64,000 bases of DNA from Micrococcales bacterium (GTDB taxonomy: Bacteria > Actinomycetota > Actinomycetes > S36-B12 > GCA-2699445), in contig PAAU01000084.1 of the NCBI GenBank assembly GCA_002699445.1, forward strand, positions 5,324 through 69,323, written 5' to 3'. Position 1 is the first letter of the stretch; the number at the start of each line of letters is the position of its first letter. Shown one piece after another: positions 1-9,221 of this stretch. The notes beneath the pieces were generated by a model. That model saw only the letters and a program-made list of their open reading frames with translations, was not told the DNA's origin and ran no database searches. The translations under genes were made by a program, and so were the position numbers.

Positions 1-24
1 GTCTTTCGAAAGCTTTAACTCGGT

Positions 25-2016
25 CTACGACGGCTCGCGGGCCAATCGGTCAAGTGCCGCAAGGACGGCATCGGTGTCGGTGGTCGGCCAAAACGCCGGT
101 AGGGACTCTACGAGATAGCGACCGTATCGAGCAGTACGCAAGCGCGGATCCAAAACAGCGACGACACCCCTATCGCTGTCCGTGCGGATAAGCCTCCCGC
201 TCCCCTGCGCCAGGAGTAGTGCCGCACGAGGCATAGAGACCGACATAAAGCCATCACTACCGGACTGTTCAGCTAGTTCGGCTCGAGCTGCCAGGACTGG
301 ATCATCTGGCCTGGGGAAAGGGATGCGGTCGATGATCACACAGGTACACGATCGACCGGGCACATCCACACCTTGAAATAGCGACATAGTGCCGACCAGC
401 ACACTGGTCTCATCTTGATTAAATTTGTGCACCAGACTCGCGACCGGGTCACCCCGCTGCTGAACCATTACCTTCACATCTGGCACCGGATTGTCAGCCA
501 GATAGTCAGCAACTCGCTCCACTGCCCGCCAACTCGACAGCAACACCAGGCTGCGGCCACCTGCCGCCACCACTAGGTCGTGTAACCGCTCGAGCAACGC
601 GGGATCAGGTCCGTCACGTCCAGGCTTCGGCAAATCAGAGGCCACATACAAGATGCCTTGTTGCCCGTAATCAAACGGCGAGCCCACATCAATATCTTGC
701 CAACTGTCGCCTAGCCCCAACTCATCTGCCACTGCATCGAAGTTGCCGCCCAGCTCGAGCGTTGCGCTGGTTAATACCGTGGCGGAGGGCTCTTGCAGAT
801 ATCCGCCAATAACACCGGCAACGTTAAGCGGCGCGACGTATAGGTAAGGATCTTGATCACCACCGAACCAAATGACGTCTGTGGGCGATGCGGCGGCACT
901 ACCCGCTAAGACTCTGCCGGCGATATCGTGGATCTCTGCAAGTGCAGCTTGTGCTCGATGACGACGCACGTCATCCGAATCAGCGCGCGACCGAGACTCG
1001 CCATCGGCCCCGGATGTGAGTTCAGATTCGGCCAGATGAGCAGCGTCCCGCAACGCTGCCAACGCATCTATGAGCTCAGCAGGCAGGTCGGTGAACCGGG
1101 TGCGCTGCTGGGGAAGGTCCAACAGTGCTTTCTCTAGCCCCTCACTGGCTTCGGTCAGATGCTCTGCGGCACCCTCGGTCAGCCACGACCGAGCTGCACG
1201 ATTCGCACGCTCAATCGAACCGGCACCCAGCTGCTCAGTTCTGGTGCTGGTGACACGAGAGGCAAGCTCGTGACCTTCATCCACGATTAAAAAGTCATGT
1301 TCCGGCAGAACCGTCGCGCCATCGAGTGCATCGAGAGCCAGCAACGCGTGGTTCGTCACCACAATGTCAGCCTCTTGAGTCGACCGTTTAGCCTGCTCGC
1401 TAAAGCACTCATCCGAAAAGGGGCACTTACTAGGGCCAACGCACTCTTTGCCAGTTGCCGAAACTGCACGCCACACCCGCGGATCCAGTGCGTTGGTGTA
1501 GTCGTCACGATCGCCTGATGCCGTTTCCTCTGCCCACTCTCGAAGTTCCGCCGCCTGCCGTTCGAGCCGACCCCCAACTGCAGGCAAATCCAGTTCCGTC
1601 TGCTCATCATCTTCGGGGCGCCCTCGGAGTCGCGCTACGCAGATATAGTTACCTCGACCTTTGAGGACTGCTGCAGACACGTCCGCTTCTGAGACTGCTC
1701 CGATAGCCGCCGGTACATCACGTTCCACAAGCTGACGTTGCAACGCCAAGGTGGCGGTCGCGATCACCGTGCGTTTGTCATGGTCACGGGCTGCCGCGAT
1801 GGCAGGAGCGAGGTAGCCCAGCGATTTGCCAGTTCCAGTGCCGGCCTGAACCAAGAGCACACCGCCATCGTCCATGGTTGCGGCAACGGCATCGACCATC
1901 TCCTGCTGACTCTCGCGCTCGCTGCCACCCAGGTCGGCAACTATTCGACCGAGGAGTTCACGAGGAGATTCATTCACGACATCACCGTACGTGTGACTGC
2001 GACTCGGCCCACTCAA
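25..2016 (-). CDS. dinG: ATP-dependent DNA helicase, DinG/XPD (Rad3) family
   Basis: 663-aa ORF with Walker A 'AGTGTGKS' and DEAH-like box 'VDEGHEL'. Cys-rich segment 'CVGPSKCPFSDECF' is consistent with the Fe-S domain of XPD/DinG helicases. Start is TTG at 2016 and remains uncertain. Confidence 0.85.
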   Translation of the reverse strand: MSGPSRSHTYGDVVNESPRELLGRIVADLGGSERESQQEMVDAVAATMDDGGVLLVQAGTGTGKSLGYLAPAIAAARDHDKRTVIATATLALQRQLVERDVPAAIGAVSEADVSAAVLKGRGNYICVARLRGRPEDDEQTELDLPAVGGRLERQAAELREWAEETASGDRDDYTNALDPRVWRAVSATGKECVGPSKCPFSDECFSEQAKRSTQEADIVVTNHALLALDALDGATVLPEHDFLIVDEGHELASRVTSTRTEQLGAGSIERANRAARSWLTEGAAEHLTEASEGLEKALLDLPQQRTRFTDLPAELIDALAALRDAAHLAESELTSGADGESRSRADSDDVRRHRAQAALAEIHDIAGRVLAGSAAASPTDVIWFGGDQDPYLYVAPLNVAGVIGGYLQEPSATVLTSATLELGGNFDAVADELGLGDSWQDIDVGSPFDYGQQGILYVASDLPKPGRDGPDPALLERLHDLVVAAGGRSLVLLSSWRAVERVADYLADNPVPDVKVMVQQRGDPVASLVHKFNQDETSVLVGTMSLFQGVDVPGRSCTCVIIDRIPFPRPDDPVLAARAELAEQSGSDGFMSVSMPRAALLLAQGSGRLIRTDSDRGVVAVLDPRLRTARYGRYLVESLPAFWPTTDTDAVLAALDRLAREPS

Positions 2017-2040
2017 GACCCGCCGCCTAACTGCAGACCG

Positions 2041-3423
2041 TTACTCGCTTGGTTTGGCGAACGGCTCCAGCCGAGCCGCTAACCATCCCGGCACCAACGC
2101 GCTGATCTCAGCTCCATCCTCGGTATATCCGCTAGAAAGAATCTGGCCGTGTTCGTGCAGTGCCGAGGTCAATTCACCCCTATCGAATGGGACCACTACA
2201 TCCATATGTATCTCCGGAACTGGCAATCGCTCAGCAATGATGGTTCGGAGTTTCTCAATGCCCTGCCCAGTGTGTGCCGATACTCCGATTGCCCCCGGTT
2301 CACGGTGTCTGATCTCCGCGAATGCCGCAGGTGAGATCAACTCAATCTTGTTCACGACGACGAGTTCGGAAACTTCGCCTGCACCAATTTCAGCTAAGAC
2401 TTCACGAACAGCCGCCAACTGGCCCAGAGGTTCGGGATCGCTACCGTCGATGATGTTCAACAACAGATCTGCATCGTTGACCTCGTCCAACGTCGATCGG
2501 AACGCTTCAACAAGTTGGTGCGGCAGATGTCGTACGAAGCCCACGGTGTCCGCAAGGGTGTATTCCCGACCCACATCGGTGCGAGTGCGCCGGACTGTTG
2601 GATCCAAGGTCGCGAATAGTTCGTCTTGAACGAGAACCCCCGCATCAGTCATCCGGTTGAGTAGCGATGATTTCCCCGCATTGGTGTAGCCCACTATTGC
2701 GACCGCAGGAGTCTCGTTGCGTCGCCGATCTGATCGTTGGACTTTACGGGCTCGACTCATCGCGGATAGTTGCCGGCGTAGGCGAGACATCTGGGTTCGA
2801 ATGCGTCGACGATCGATTTCCAGTTTCGTCTCGCCTGGGCCGCGGAATGCACCGATACCGCCGGACTGCCGGCTCATCGCTTCACCCCAGCCGCGCAACC
2901 GCGGCAGCATATATTCGTATTGAGCCAGTTCTACTTGGGCTTTTCCTTCCCTGCTGCGAGCATGCTGCGCAAAGATGTCCAGAATTAGCCAAGTGCGATC
3001 AACGACTTTGACCTTAAGCGCCTTCTCCAATGCCTGCAGTTGCCCGGGAGATAACTCACCGTCACAAATCACAGTGTCGGCAGATTCAGAGCGAACGACT
3101 TCTCCCAGTTCATCCACCTTGCCGCTGCCGATAAAGGTAGCGGGATCGGGCTTGGTGCGACGCTGCACCATAGCTTCCAGGACCTGTGAACCTGCGGTCT
3201 CGGCGAGTCTGGCAAGTTCAGCCATAGACAACTGGGCACTCTCAGCACTCCCTTCGGTCCACACCCCTACCAGCACGACTCTTTCGAGTCGAACCTGTCG
3301 GTATTCGACCTCGGAGATGTCCGACAGTTCAGTCGAGAGACCCCCTACTCGCCGCAGGGCACGACGTTCGGCGACATCAAGGTCGGGATCGGGCGTGGGA
3401 GAGCTCACCGTGCGGCCCACCAA
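2041..3423 (-). CDS. hflX: GTPase HflX
   Basis: G1 'GYTNAGKSSLLN', G3 'DTVGF' and G4 'NKIE', plus an N-terminal HflX domain. Start candidates are TTG 3423 and GTG 3420/3408. Overlaps the dapF 3' end. Confidence 0.93.
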   Translation of the reverse strand: MVGRTVSSPTPDPDLDVAERRALRRVGGLSTELSDISEVEYRQVRLERVVLVGVWTEGSAESAQLSMAELARLAETAGSQVLEAMVQRRTKPDPATFIGSGKVDELGEVVRSESADTVICDGELSPGQLQALEKALKVKVVDRTWLILDIFAQHARSREGKAQVELAQYEYMLPRLRGWGEAMSRQSGGIGAFRGPGETKLEIDRRRIRTQMSRLRRQLSAMSRARKVQRSDRRRNETPAVAIVGYTNAGKSSLLNRMTDAGVLVQDELFATLDPTVRRTRTDVGREYTLADTVGFVRHLPHQLVEAFRSTLDEVNDADLLLNIIDGSDPEPLGQLAAVREVLAEIGAGEVSELVVVNKIELISPAAFAEIRHREPGAIGVSAHTGQGIEKLRTIIAERLPVPEIHMDVVVPFDRGELTSALHEHGQILSSGYTEDGAEISALVPGWLAARLEPFAKPSE

Positions 3424-4244
3424 CTTTCATCCAGTTCGCCGCGGGCGACGATCTCGGCCGGTCCACTCAACCAGGTCTCGGTGCCACGAAAGTCCACCGT
3501 GACCTCACCACCAGGAACCATCACCGTCACCGGTGACAACGGTTCGTGAGCGAACTCTCGATGGACAGCCGCCGCAGCGCATGCTCCAGTACCGCAAGAC
3601 ATGGTCCGACCTGAACCACGTTCATTGACTTCCATCTTGATGCTGGTGGGACTGACGATCTCGACGAACTCGATGTTCGCGCCGTCAGGGAAGGATGCCT
3701 CGGGGGTGACCTCGGCGGACTCGATGTCAGCCAACTCCGACACCGACGCTACGAAGGCGACCGCGTGCGGATTGGGAGCGGTTGCGGGCGTAGCAGGCCA
3801 GGTATGTTCGTCCAGGGAAACCACTGCGGAGCCGTGCTCTTGGACAAGAACCGATCCCATCTCGATTGAGATCATCCCGTCGGATTCGATCCGAACTTTC
3901 CGCGGACCGCCTCGGGTGCCAATGACAAACTCACGGGTGTCTACCAACTTTTCTTCACGCAGAAACTTGGCGAATACTCGGGCGCCGTTTCCGCACATCT
4001 CTGCGATTGAGCCATCACCATTGCGATAGTCCATGAACCACATCGCACCATCACTCATTGCCGGCACTTCCCCCACCAGACTGGAAGGCACGACGCGTAT
4101 GACTCCGTCGGCCCCAAGCCCAAAGCGACGATCACACAGCCCGACCACTTGGGTCGGATCAAGGTTGAGACGCCCCTCCAGGTCGGGGATCAGCACAAAG
4201 TCATTCCCCGTGCCGTGGCCCTTGGCAAACTGCACCGTAGTCAT
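3405..4244 (-). CDS. dapF: diaminopimelate epimerase
   Basis: 'GTGNDFVLI' plus the two catalytic-Cys motifs 'MCGNGAR' and 'SCGTGACA'. 279 aa. Confidence 0.93.
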   Translation of the reverse strand: MTTVQFAKGHGTGNDFVLIPDLEGRLNLDPTQVVGLCDRRFGLGADGVIRVVPSSLVGEVPAMSDGAMWFMDYRNGDGSIAEMCGNGARVFAKFLREEKLVDTREFVIGTRGGPRKVRIESDGMISIEMGSVLVQEHGSAVVSLDEHTWPATPATAPNPHAVAFVASVSELADIESAEVTPEASFPDGANIEFVEIVSPTSIKMEVNERGSGRTMSCGTGACAAAAVHREFAHEPLSPVTVMVPGGEVTVDFRGTETWLSGPAEIVARGELDESWWAAR

Positions 4245-4273
4245 ACCTCAAGAGTAGGGGCTGTCACGACGAC

Positions 4274-5407
4274 TCACCGGTTCGTAGGTTCTAACAGTCG
4301 CTGATAGTCGTGTCGCAGCCCAGCCAGGACCTCGGGCCATATCTGATCCGGCGGCGTAGTTGAGTTGTGATCGGTTATCGATCGGCGCAATGAATCATCT
4401 GTTGTCATCCGCGCCATCGCCACGGCCATAGCAGCATCGTCAGATCCCAAGAGCCCTTCGATCCCATCGCGAACAAACTCCGACAGTCCAGTTTGGGACC
4501 GGGCTATCACGGGTAATCCACTCGTTCGTGCCTCTAGCGCTGCCAATCCAAAGCTCTCTTTCACGGACGGTTGTACGAAAACATCCGATTCCACATACAG
4601 CCTGTGGAGATCAGGCCGGGAAAGCCGCCCCAGAAACTCAACCTGATCAGTTAACCCATGCCGCTGCACGTATCGCTCCAGCCGAGCGCGATGGGGACCA
4701 TCGCCGGCAATCTTCAGATACATGGGTCGTTGCGGCCCACTTAGTTGCTGAGCTGCAGCGAACATTTTCAGTAGCGGCCGCGAACGTTTTCGAGGTGCCA
4801 GCCGCATGGCCGTAACGAAGGTAACGGGTTGAGTCGCTGAACCCGGCTCTCGTCCCATCGGGCTCCAGTCGGCCAAATCGACACCGTTGGGGGTGATAAA
4901 GACCTCGCCGGCATAGTTCAAAGCCGCGGCGATACGATCAGCGGCCATTCGGCTTACTGCGGCCGGCTGAACACCACGATCACACCAGTCCCGCAGAGTT
5001 TCTGCTGTGCGATACCCGGTTCGAGCTAGCCCACCCCAGACGCTGTGAACAGTTGCGAGCACGGGCAGGCCTACCTCGACGGCAGCCCGGATACCGCCCC
5101 AGGCAAACGGTGAGATCGCACCCAAATGCACTTGAACCACATCCGGATCAATCTCTTCCAAGAGTGGAACCAACGCAGCCCGCGTTCGAGGACGAACCGG
5201 CATCTCAAAGGGCATTCGAGCAGTCACTCGATGAACGGTGACGCCATCGATCTCCTCCTCGCCCAACCGAACACGTTCACCGGGAGTCGCAGTGAGGACA
5301 TGTATGTCATCACCCTGAGCTGCCTGTCGCCTCGTCAACTCGGTGACTTGCACTTCGATTCCACCGAGTCGAGGCAAGTAGCAGTCGCTGATGTGAGTTA
5401 TCCGCAT
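4274..5407 (-). CDS. glycosyltransferase, GT4 (GT-B retaining) family
   Basis: N-terminal 'MRITHISDCYLPRLGGIEVQV' and C-terminal 'FVQPSVKESFGLAALEARTSGLPVIA' (E-x7-E region). ATG at 5407 is preceded by GGAG. The ORF-track start at 5437 adds 10 atypical residues. Confidence 0.8.
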   Translation of the reverse strand: MRITHISDCYLPRLGGIEVQVTELTRRQAAQGDDIHVLTATPGERVRLGEEEIDGVTVHRVTARMPFEMPVRPRTRAALVPLLEEIDPDVVQVHLGAISPFAWGGIRAAVEVGLPVLATVHSVWGGLARTGYRTAETLRDWCDRGVQPAAVSRMAADRIAAALNYAGEVFITPNGVDLADWSPMGREPGSATQPVTFVTAMRLAPRKRSRPLLKMFAAAQQLSGPQRPMYLKIAGDGPHRARLERYVQRHGLTDQVEFLGRLSRPDLHRLYVESDVFVQPSVKESFGLAALEARTSGLPVIARSQTGLSEFVRDGIEGLLGSDDAAMAVAMARMTTDDSLRRSITDHNSTTPPDQIWPEVLAGLRHDYQRLLEPTNR

Positions 5408-5483
5408 CACAAAACTCCAAGCCGATTCACGACACAACGCTAACGGACCAGCGAACGGATCGGAATCGCGGCAGGATACGCGT

Positions 5484-6245
5484 ATGCCCCGAACCCTAGT
5501 GTTCTTCCATGCTCATCCTGACGATGAGGCGCTGCTGACGTCAGGAACCATGGCACGTGCCGCCGCTGAAGGACAGCGCGTCGTACTAATCACCGCTACC
5601 AGCGGCGAGGCCGGGCTTGCCGCTCATAACCTTCAGGATCGCGGTTTGGCTGATGTCCGTGAGGAGGAGTTAGTTCGTTCCGCCCGGATGCTTGGCGTTC
5701 AGCGACTCGAACTGCTCCACTATGCCGATTCGGGATTGCACGGTGACCGAATCCCCACAGACGGAACCACAACGTTGTGTCAGACGCCAGTAGCTGAGAT
5801 AGCGGCGGATGTAGCCAAGATCGTGGAGCAGGAGCGAGCCGACGTGCTCGTAACTTACGATGCCGCGGGCGGCTACGGACATCCTGACCACATTCGAGTA
5901 CACGAAAGTGGACTGGCGGCTGCAACTCTGGCCGATACTCCACAAGTTTTTGCGGTAACCGCGCCAAGGGAACCTTTCGCCATCGGCGCCCGACTAGCCG
6001 ATCGACTGTTACCACTTCCGGAGGACTTCAGTCTGGAACAGTTCGAAACTGCATTTACGCCGCGACGCAATATCAGTCACCGAGTTAATGTACGACGCTA
6101 CGTAGATTTCAAACGTGCAGCACTCCGAGCCCATACCAGTCAGGCATCAGGAGCAGATATTCGGACGATATCTGCACTGCTGGATTTGCCTCGCCCCCTC
6201 TTCAGTCTGCTGTTGGGGACTGAGTTTTATCAACGGTTGCGCTGA
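5484..6245 (+). CDS. PIG-L/LmbE family de-N-acetylase
   Basis: Metal-binding motifs 'FFHAHPDDEALL' and 'GGYGHPDHIRVH', as in MshB/BshB/PIG-L-type deacetylases. 253 aa. Confidence 0.8.
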   Translation: MPRTLVFFHAHPDDEALLTSGTMARAAAEGQRVVLITATSGEAGLAAHNLQDRGLADVREEELVRSARMLGVQRLELLHYADSGLHGDRIPTDGTTTLCQTPVAEIAADVAKIVEQERADVLVTYDAAGGYGHPDHIRVHESGLAAATLADTPQVFAVTAPREPFAIGARLADRLLPLPEDFSLEQFETAFTPRRNISHRVNVRRYVDFKRAALRAHTSQASGADIRTISALLDLPRPLFSLLLGTEFYQRLR

Positions 6246-7170
6246 ACTCTGACACGGCGGAGATCGCTGCCGCCAACTTGTCCTCGGCGGACAACCAACA
6301 GATGCGATCATCGCGATGCAAGGTGCGCTGTTGTCGACGGGCTAGCCGTCGTGTGGCAGTCACGGTTTCCGCGACCCCGTTATCTCTGGACATATCACCA
6401 GCCAAAACGGCCATCGCTTGTTCGTACCCCACGGCTTTGCGCGCGGTTTCACCTTCAGCCAGCCCTTGTCGCATCATCGTTTCAGTCTCTTCCAGCAGAC
6501 CACCAGCCCACATCGAGTCCGCGCGCAATGTAATTCGATCGTCTAGTTCCGGTCGTGGCAGATCAATGCCTAACCAAAGCGTGGGGCGCCATGCCTGCGG
6601 CGTGGGCAAACGCGCTGTGAATGAGCCAGTCAACCGGACCACCTCCAAAGCACGCACCACGCGACGAACATTTCGCGAATCAATCGCTGCTGCCGCTTCG
6701 GGGTCTCGCTCAGCCAGCTCTCGATGCAGCACCCCGCCACCCTCGCTTTCCGCGCGTGCCATCAGTTCCGCTCGCAGTGCCAAATCTTGGGGTGGTATCT
6801 CCAATACGTCACACAGCGCCCTCAGATATAACGGCGATCCGCCAACAACCACAACGCGTCGCCCTCGGGACCAAATTTCTTTCGCACGAGCACGTCCATG
6901 CCGTTGGTAGTCCGCCACCGTGGCAGTCTGCGTCACAGCCCATAGATCGAAGAGATGATGCGGCACCACTTGTCTTTCGGCGCTGCTGGGTTTCGCCGTA
7001 CCGATATCCAGACCGCGGTAGCACTGCATCGCATCACCATTGATGATTTCCGCATCTATGCTTTCGGCGAGACGCAGCGAAAGCTCCGTCTTTCCGGCAG
7101 CGGTCGGCCCCGTCACCACAATAATTTGCTCCATAGGATCAGGGTTCGATTTCGTGTCGTTCCCGAGCAT
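6202..7170 (-). CDS. miaA: tRNA dimethylallyltransferase
   Basis: P-loop 'VTGPTAAGKTELS' and IPPT-family body. ATG at 7170 is preceded by GGGAG. Alternatives are GTG 7188 and ATG 7134. Confidence 0.92.
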   Translation of the reverse strand: MLGNDTKSNPDPMEQIIVVTGPTAAGKTELSLRLAESIDAEIINGDAMQCYRGLDIGTAKPSSAERQVVPHHLFDLWAVTQTATVADYQRHGRARAKEIWSRGRRVVVVGGSPLYLRALCDVLEIPPQDLALRAELMARAESEGGGVLHRELAERDPEAAAAIDSRNVRRVVRALEVVRLTGSFTARLPTPQAWRPTLWLGIDLPRPELDDRITLRADSMWAGGLLEETETMMRQGLAEGETARKAVGYEQAMAVLAGDMSRDNGVAETVTATRRLARRQQRTLHRDDRICWLSAEDKLAAAISAVSEFSATVDKTQSPTAD

Positions 7171-7230
7171 CACACTCCCATGATCCACTATTCTGGCTGA
7201 GACAAAATCACTCCTAGGAGGACAGCGCCC

Positions 7231-7518
7231 ATGAGCAACCCTTCCGAGAACATCAAGGACAAGGCATCCGAACTTGCAGAGAAGGCTTCGGAGACCGCAG
7301 CAGGTCTTGGAGAGCAGGCTCAGCAGGCCGCAGGTCAGGCGGCAGCTTTCGTCGACGAAAAGACCGGTGGAAAAGCCACGGAACTTGCCGGCAAAGCTAC
7401 CGAGATGGCGGGCAAGGCTGCAGAGAGCATCAATGATGCCAAGGACACCGCAGTTGCTGCGGCTACCGATGCTGTTTCTAAGGTCACTGGAAGCGATGAC
7501 GACGGAGAAGATGCATAA
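7231..7518 (+). CDS. small hydrophilic Ala/Lys/Glu-rich repeat protein (stress/LEA-like, possibly MT0933-like family)
   Basis: 95-aa ORF with a strong AGGAGG RBS 9 nt upstream. Internal repeats 'KASELAEKASETA' and 'KATELAGKATEMAGKAAES', a 'DEKTGGK' motif and an acidic tail. Confidence 0.6.
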   Translation: MSNPSENIKDKASELAEKASETAAGLGEQAQQAAGQAAAFVDEKTGGKATELAGKATEMAGKAAESINDAKDTAVAAATDAVSKVTGSDDDGEDA

Positions 7519-7565
7519 CTCGTCTAGATAGACGAGCCAGTCTGCTGCTCCCCAACTAAATATTC

Positions 7566-7599
7566 AACAGCACCGCTGGAGAGATCCGGCGGTGCTGTT
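7566..7599. terminator. candidate bidirectional terminator hairpin between convergent genes
   Basis: Perfect 11-bp inverted repeat aacagcaccgc / gcggtgctgtt with a 12-nt loop. It lies between the stop of the small + strand gene (7518) and the stop of miaB (7641). There is no strong T-run on either strand; the minus strand has a short 'gaatattta' tail. Confidence 0.45.
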
Positions 7600-7640
7600 C
7601 TGTGGAGGGGTATCCGATATATCCCTTTTCGACTCATGAA

Positions 7641-9089
7641 CTACCGAACCTCTGGTATCCCGAGGCTGACTTGCTCCGGAACGTCTGTCGCGGGCACCGC
7701 GCAACCAGAGGTCGCCGGGGCCTGATCGATCAATCGAGTGGGCCCATCGGCCAACAGGTGGTGCGGGGCACCGCGCGTGACAACAGCGGCGACAATGTCT
7801 CCGGGTCCCACCGGTTCGGGTGGCGCGCTGAAGTGAACTAACCGATTGTCCGCGGCACGGCCAGTGAGTCGATCTCGATCGCGATCCTTCCTCCCTGAGG
7901 TGTCGGCGACCATGACCTCCAGCTCGCGACCTTCCAAGGCGCGATTTTCTGCCCATGCGATATCCGAGACCACCTCAGCTAGTCGCTGATATCGATCGGT
8001 CACCACCTCCGGTGGAACTTGATCGGCAAACTCTGCAGCAGGTGTACCTGGTCGGGGTGAGTATTGGAAGGTATAGGCATCGGCAAAACGAGCGTGACGA
8101 ACAACGTCAAGCGTCGCGTTGAAATCTGTCTCCGTCTCACCCGGGAACCCCACAATGATGTCAGTGGTGATAGCGGCTTCCGGCATAGCGGAGCGTACCG
8201 AGTCAATAATGCCAAGATACTTATCCGCTCGGTACGAGCGACGCATCCTACGCAACACATCATCGGACCCGCTTTGCAACGGCATGTGCAGATGCGGCAT
8301 GACCGCGGGTGTCTCGGCCATCGCTTCGATCACCGCCGTTGTGAAATCTCGAGGATGGGGGCTAGTGAACCGCACTCGCCGAATCCCAGGAACCGCGCCC
8401 ACCGCACGCAATAGATCAGCAAAGGCAGCGCGCTCACCGAACTCCACCCCATACGCATTAACGTTTTGTCCCAGCAGGGTGATCTCTCGAACGCCTTGCT
8501 CCGCAAGAGCTTGAATCTCCGCCAATATGTCGCCAGGCCGACGATCACGCTCTCGTCCACGCAAAGCTGGAACAATGCAAAAAGTGCAGGTGTTGTTGCA
8601 GCCAACGCTGATGGCGACCCATGCAGAATGCGCAGATTCACGTCGCACGGGGAGATCTGATGGGAACGCCTGCAACGTCTCGGCGAACTCTGACTGCGAT
8701 TCTCCCAGTCGCTCAGCTCGATCCAATAGGACTGGTAGAGCATCAATATTGTGTGTTCCCAGCACCACATCCACCCAAGGAGCGCGTTCCAAGATGGTGT
8801 CACGATCCTTCTGCGCCAAACACCCGGCCACAGCGATCCGCATTTGTGGTTCGTTACGTTTTCGTTCCGCCAACTGCCCCAAGTTTCCGTAGAGCTTATT
8901 GTCGGCGTTCTCTCGAACTGCGCAGGTGTTGATGACCACTAAGTCAGCGTCACCGATGTCAGGAGCCGCGACATACCCCACACCCTCCAACAATCCCGCC
9001 ATTCGTTCCGAGTCGTGAACATTCATTTGGCAGCCCAACGTACGCACGGCATACGTGCGTTCCTGCCTGAGAGCGGCTGATGTTGTCAT
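7641..9089 (-). CDS. miaB: tRNA-i6A37 methylthiotransferase
   Basis: '[10 protein letters not shown]' N-domain, radical-SAM '[11 protein letters not shown]' and a C-terminal TRAM region. ATG at 9089 is preferred over GTG at 9146. Confidence 0.93.
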   Translation of the reverse strand: MTTSAALRQERTYAVRTLGCQMNVHDSERMAGLLEGVGYVAAPDIGDADLVVINTCAVRENADNKLYGNLGQLAERKRNEPQMRIAVAGCLAQKDRDTILERAPWVDVVLGTHNIDALPVLLDRAERLGESQSEFAETLQAFPSDLPVRRESAHSAWVAISVGCNNTCTFCIVPALRGRERDRRPGDILAEIQALAEQGVREITLLGQNVNAYGVEFGERAAFADLLRAVGAVPGIRRVRFTSPHPRDFTTAVIEAMAETPAVMPHLHMPLQSGSDDVLRRMRRSYRADKYLGIIDSVRSAMPEAAITTDIIVGFPGETETDFNATLDVVRHARFADAYTFQYSPRPGTPAAEFADQVPPEVVTDRYQRLAEVVSDIAWAENRALEGRELEVMVADTSGRKDRDRDRLTGRAADNRLVHFSAPPEPVGPGDIVAAVVTRGAPHHLLADGPTRLIDQAPATSGCAVPATDVPEQVSLGIPEVR

Positions 9090-9221
9090 AGTCGTTACTC
9101 GTATCCCCAGTTTCGGTACCGCTCTAGGGTAAGCCGCATTCGGCACCGGCCCAACCTACGGGCGCTTACTTCCCCAGCCAAGACCCTCTTGCGACGGCTT
9201 GAGTTCTACTTCCCGGACGCC

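Noticed and set aside
25-2016. The DinG-family helicase as a possible defence-system component.
   Set aside because: It sits in the conserved actinobacterial hflX-dapF-miaA neighbourhood with no nuclease, methylase, CRISPR/Cas or other defence partner, and no mobile-element context. It is most likely the housekeeping DinG/XPD-like repair helicase.
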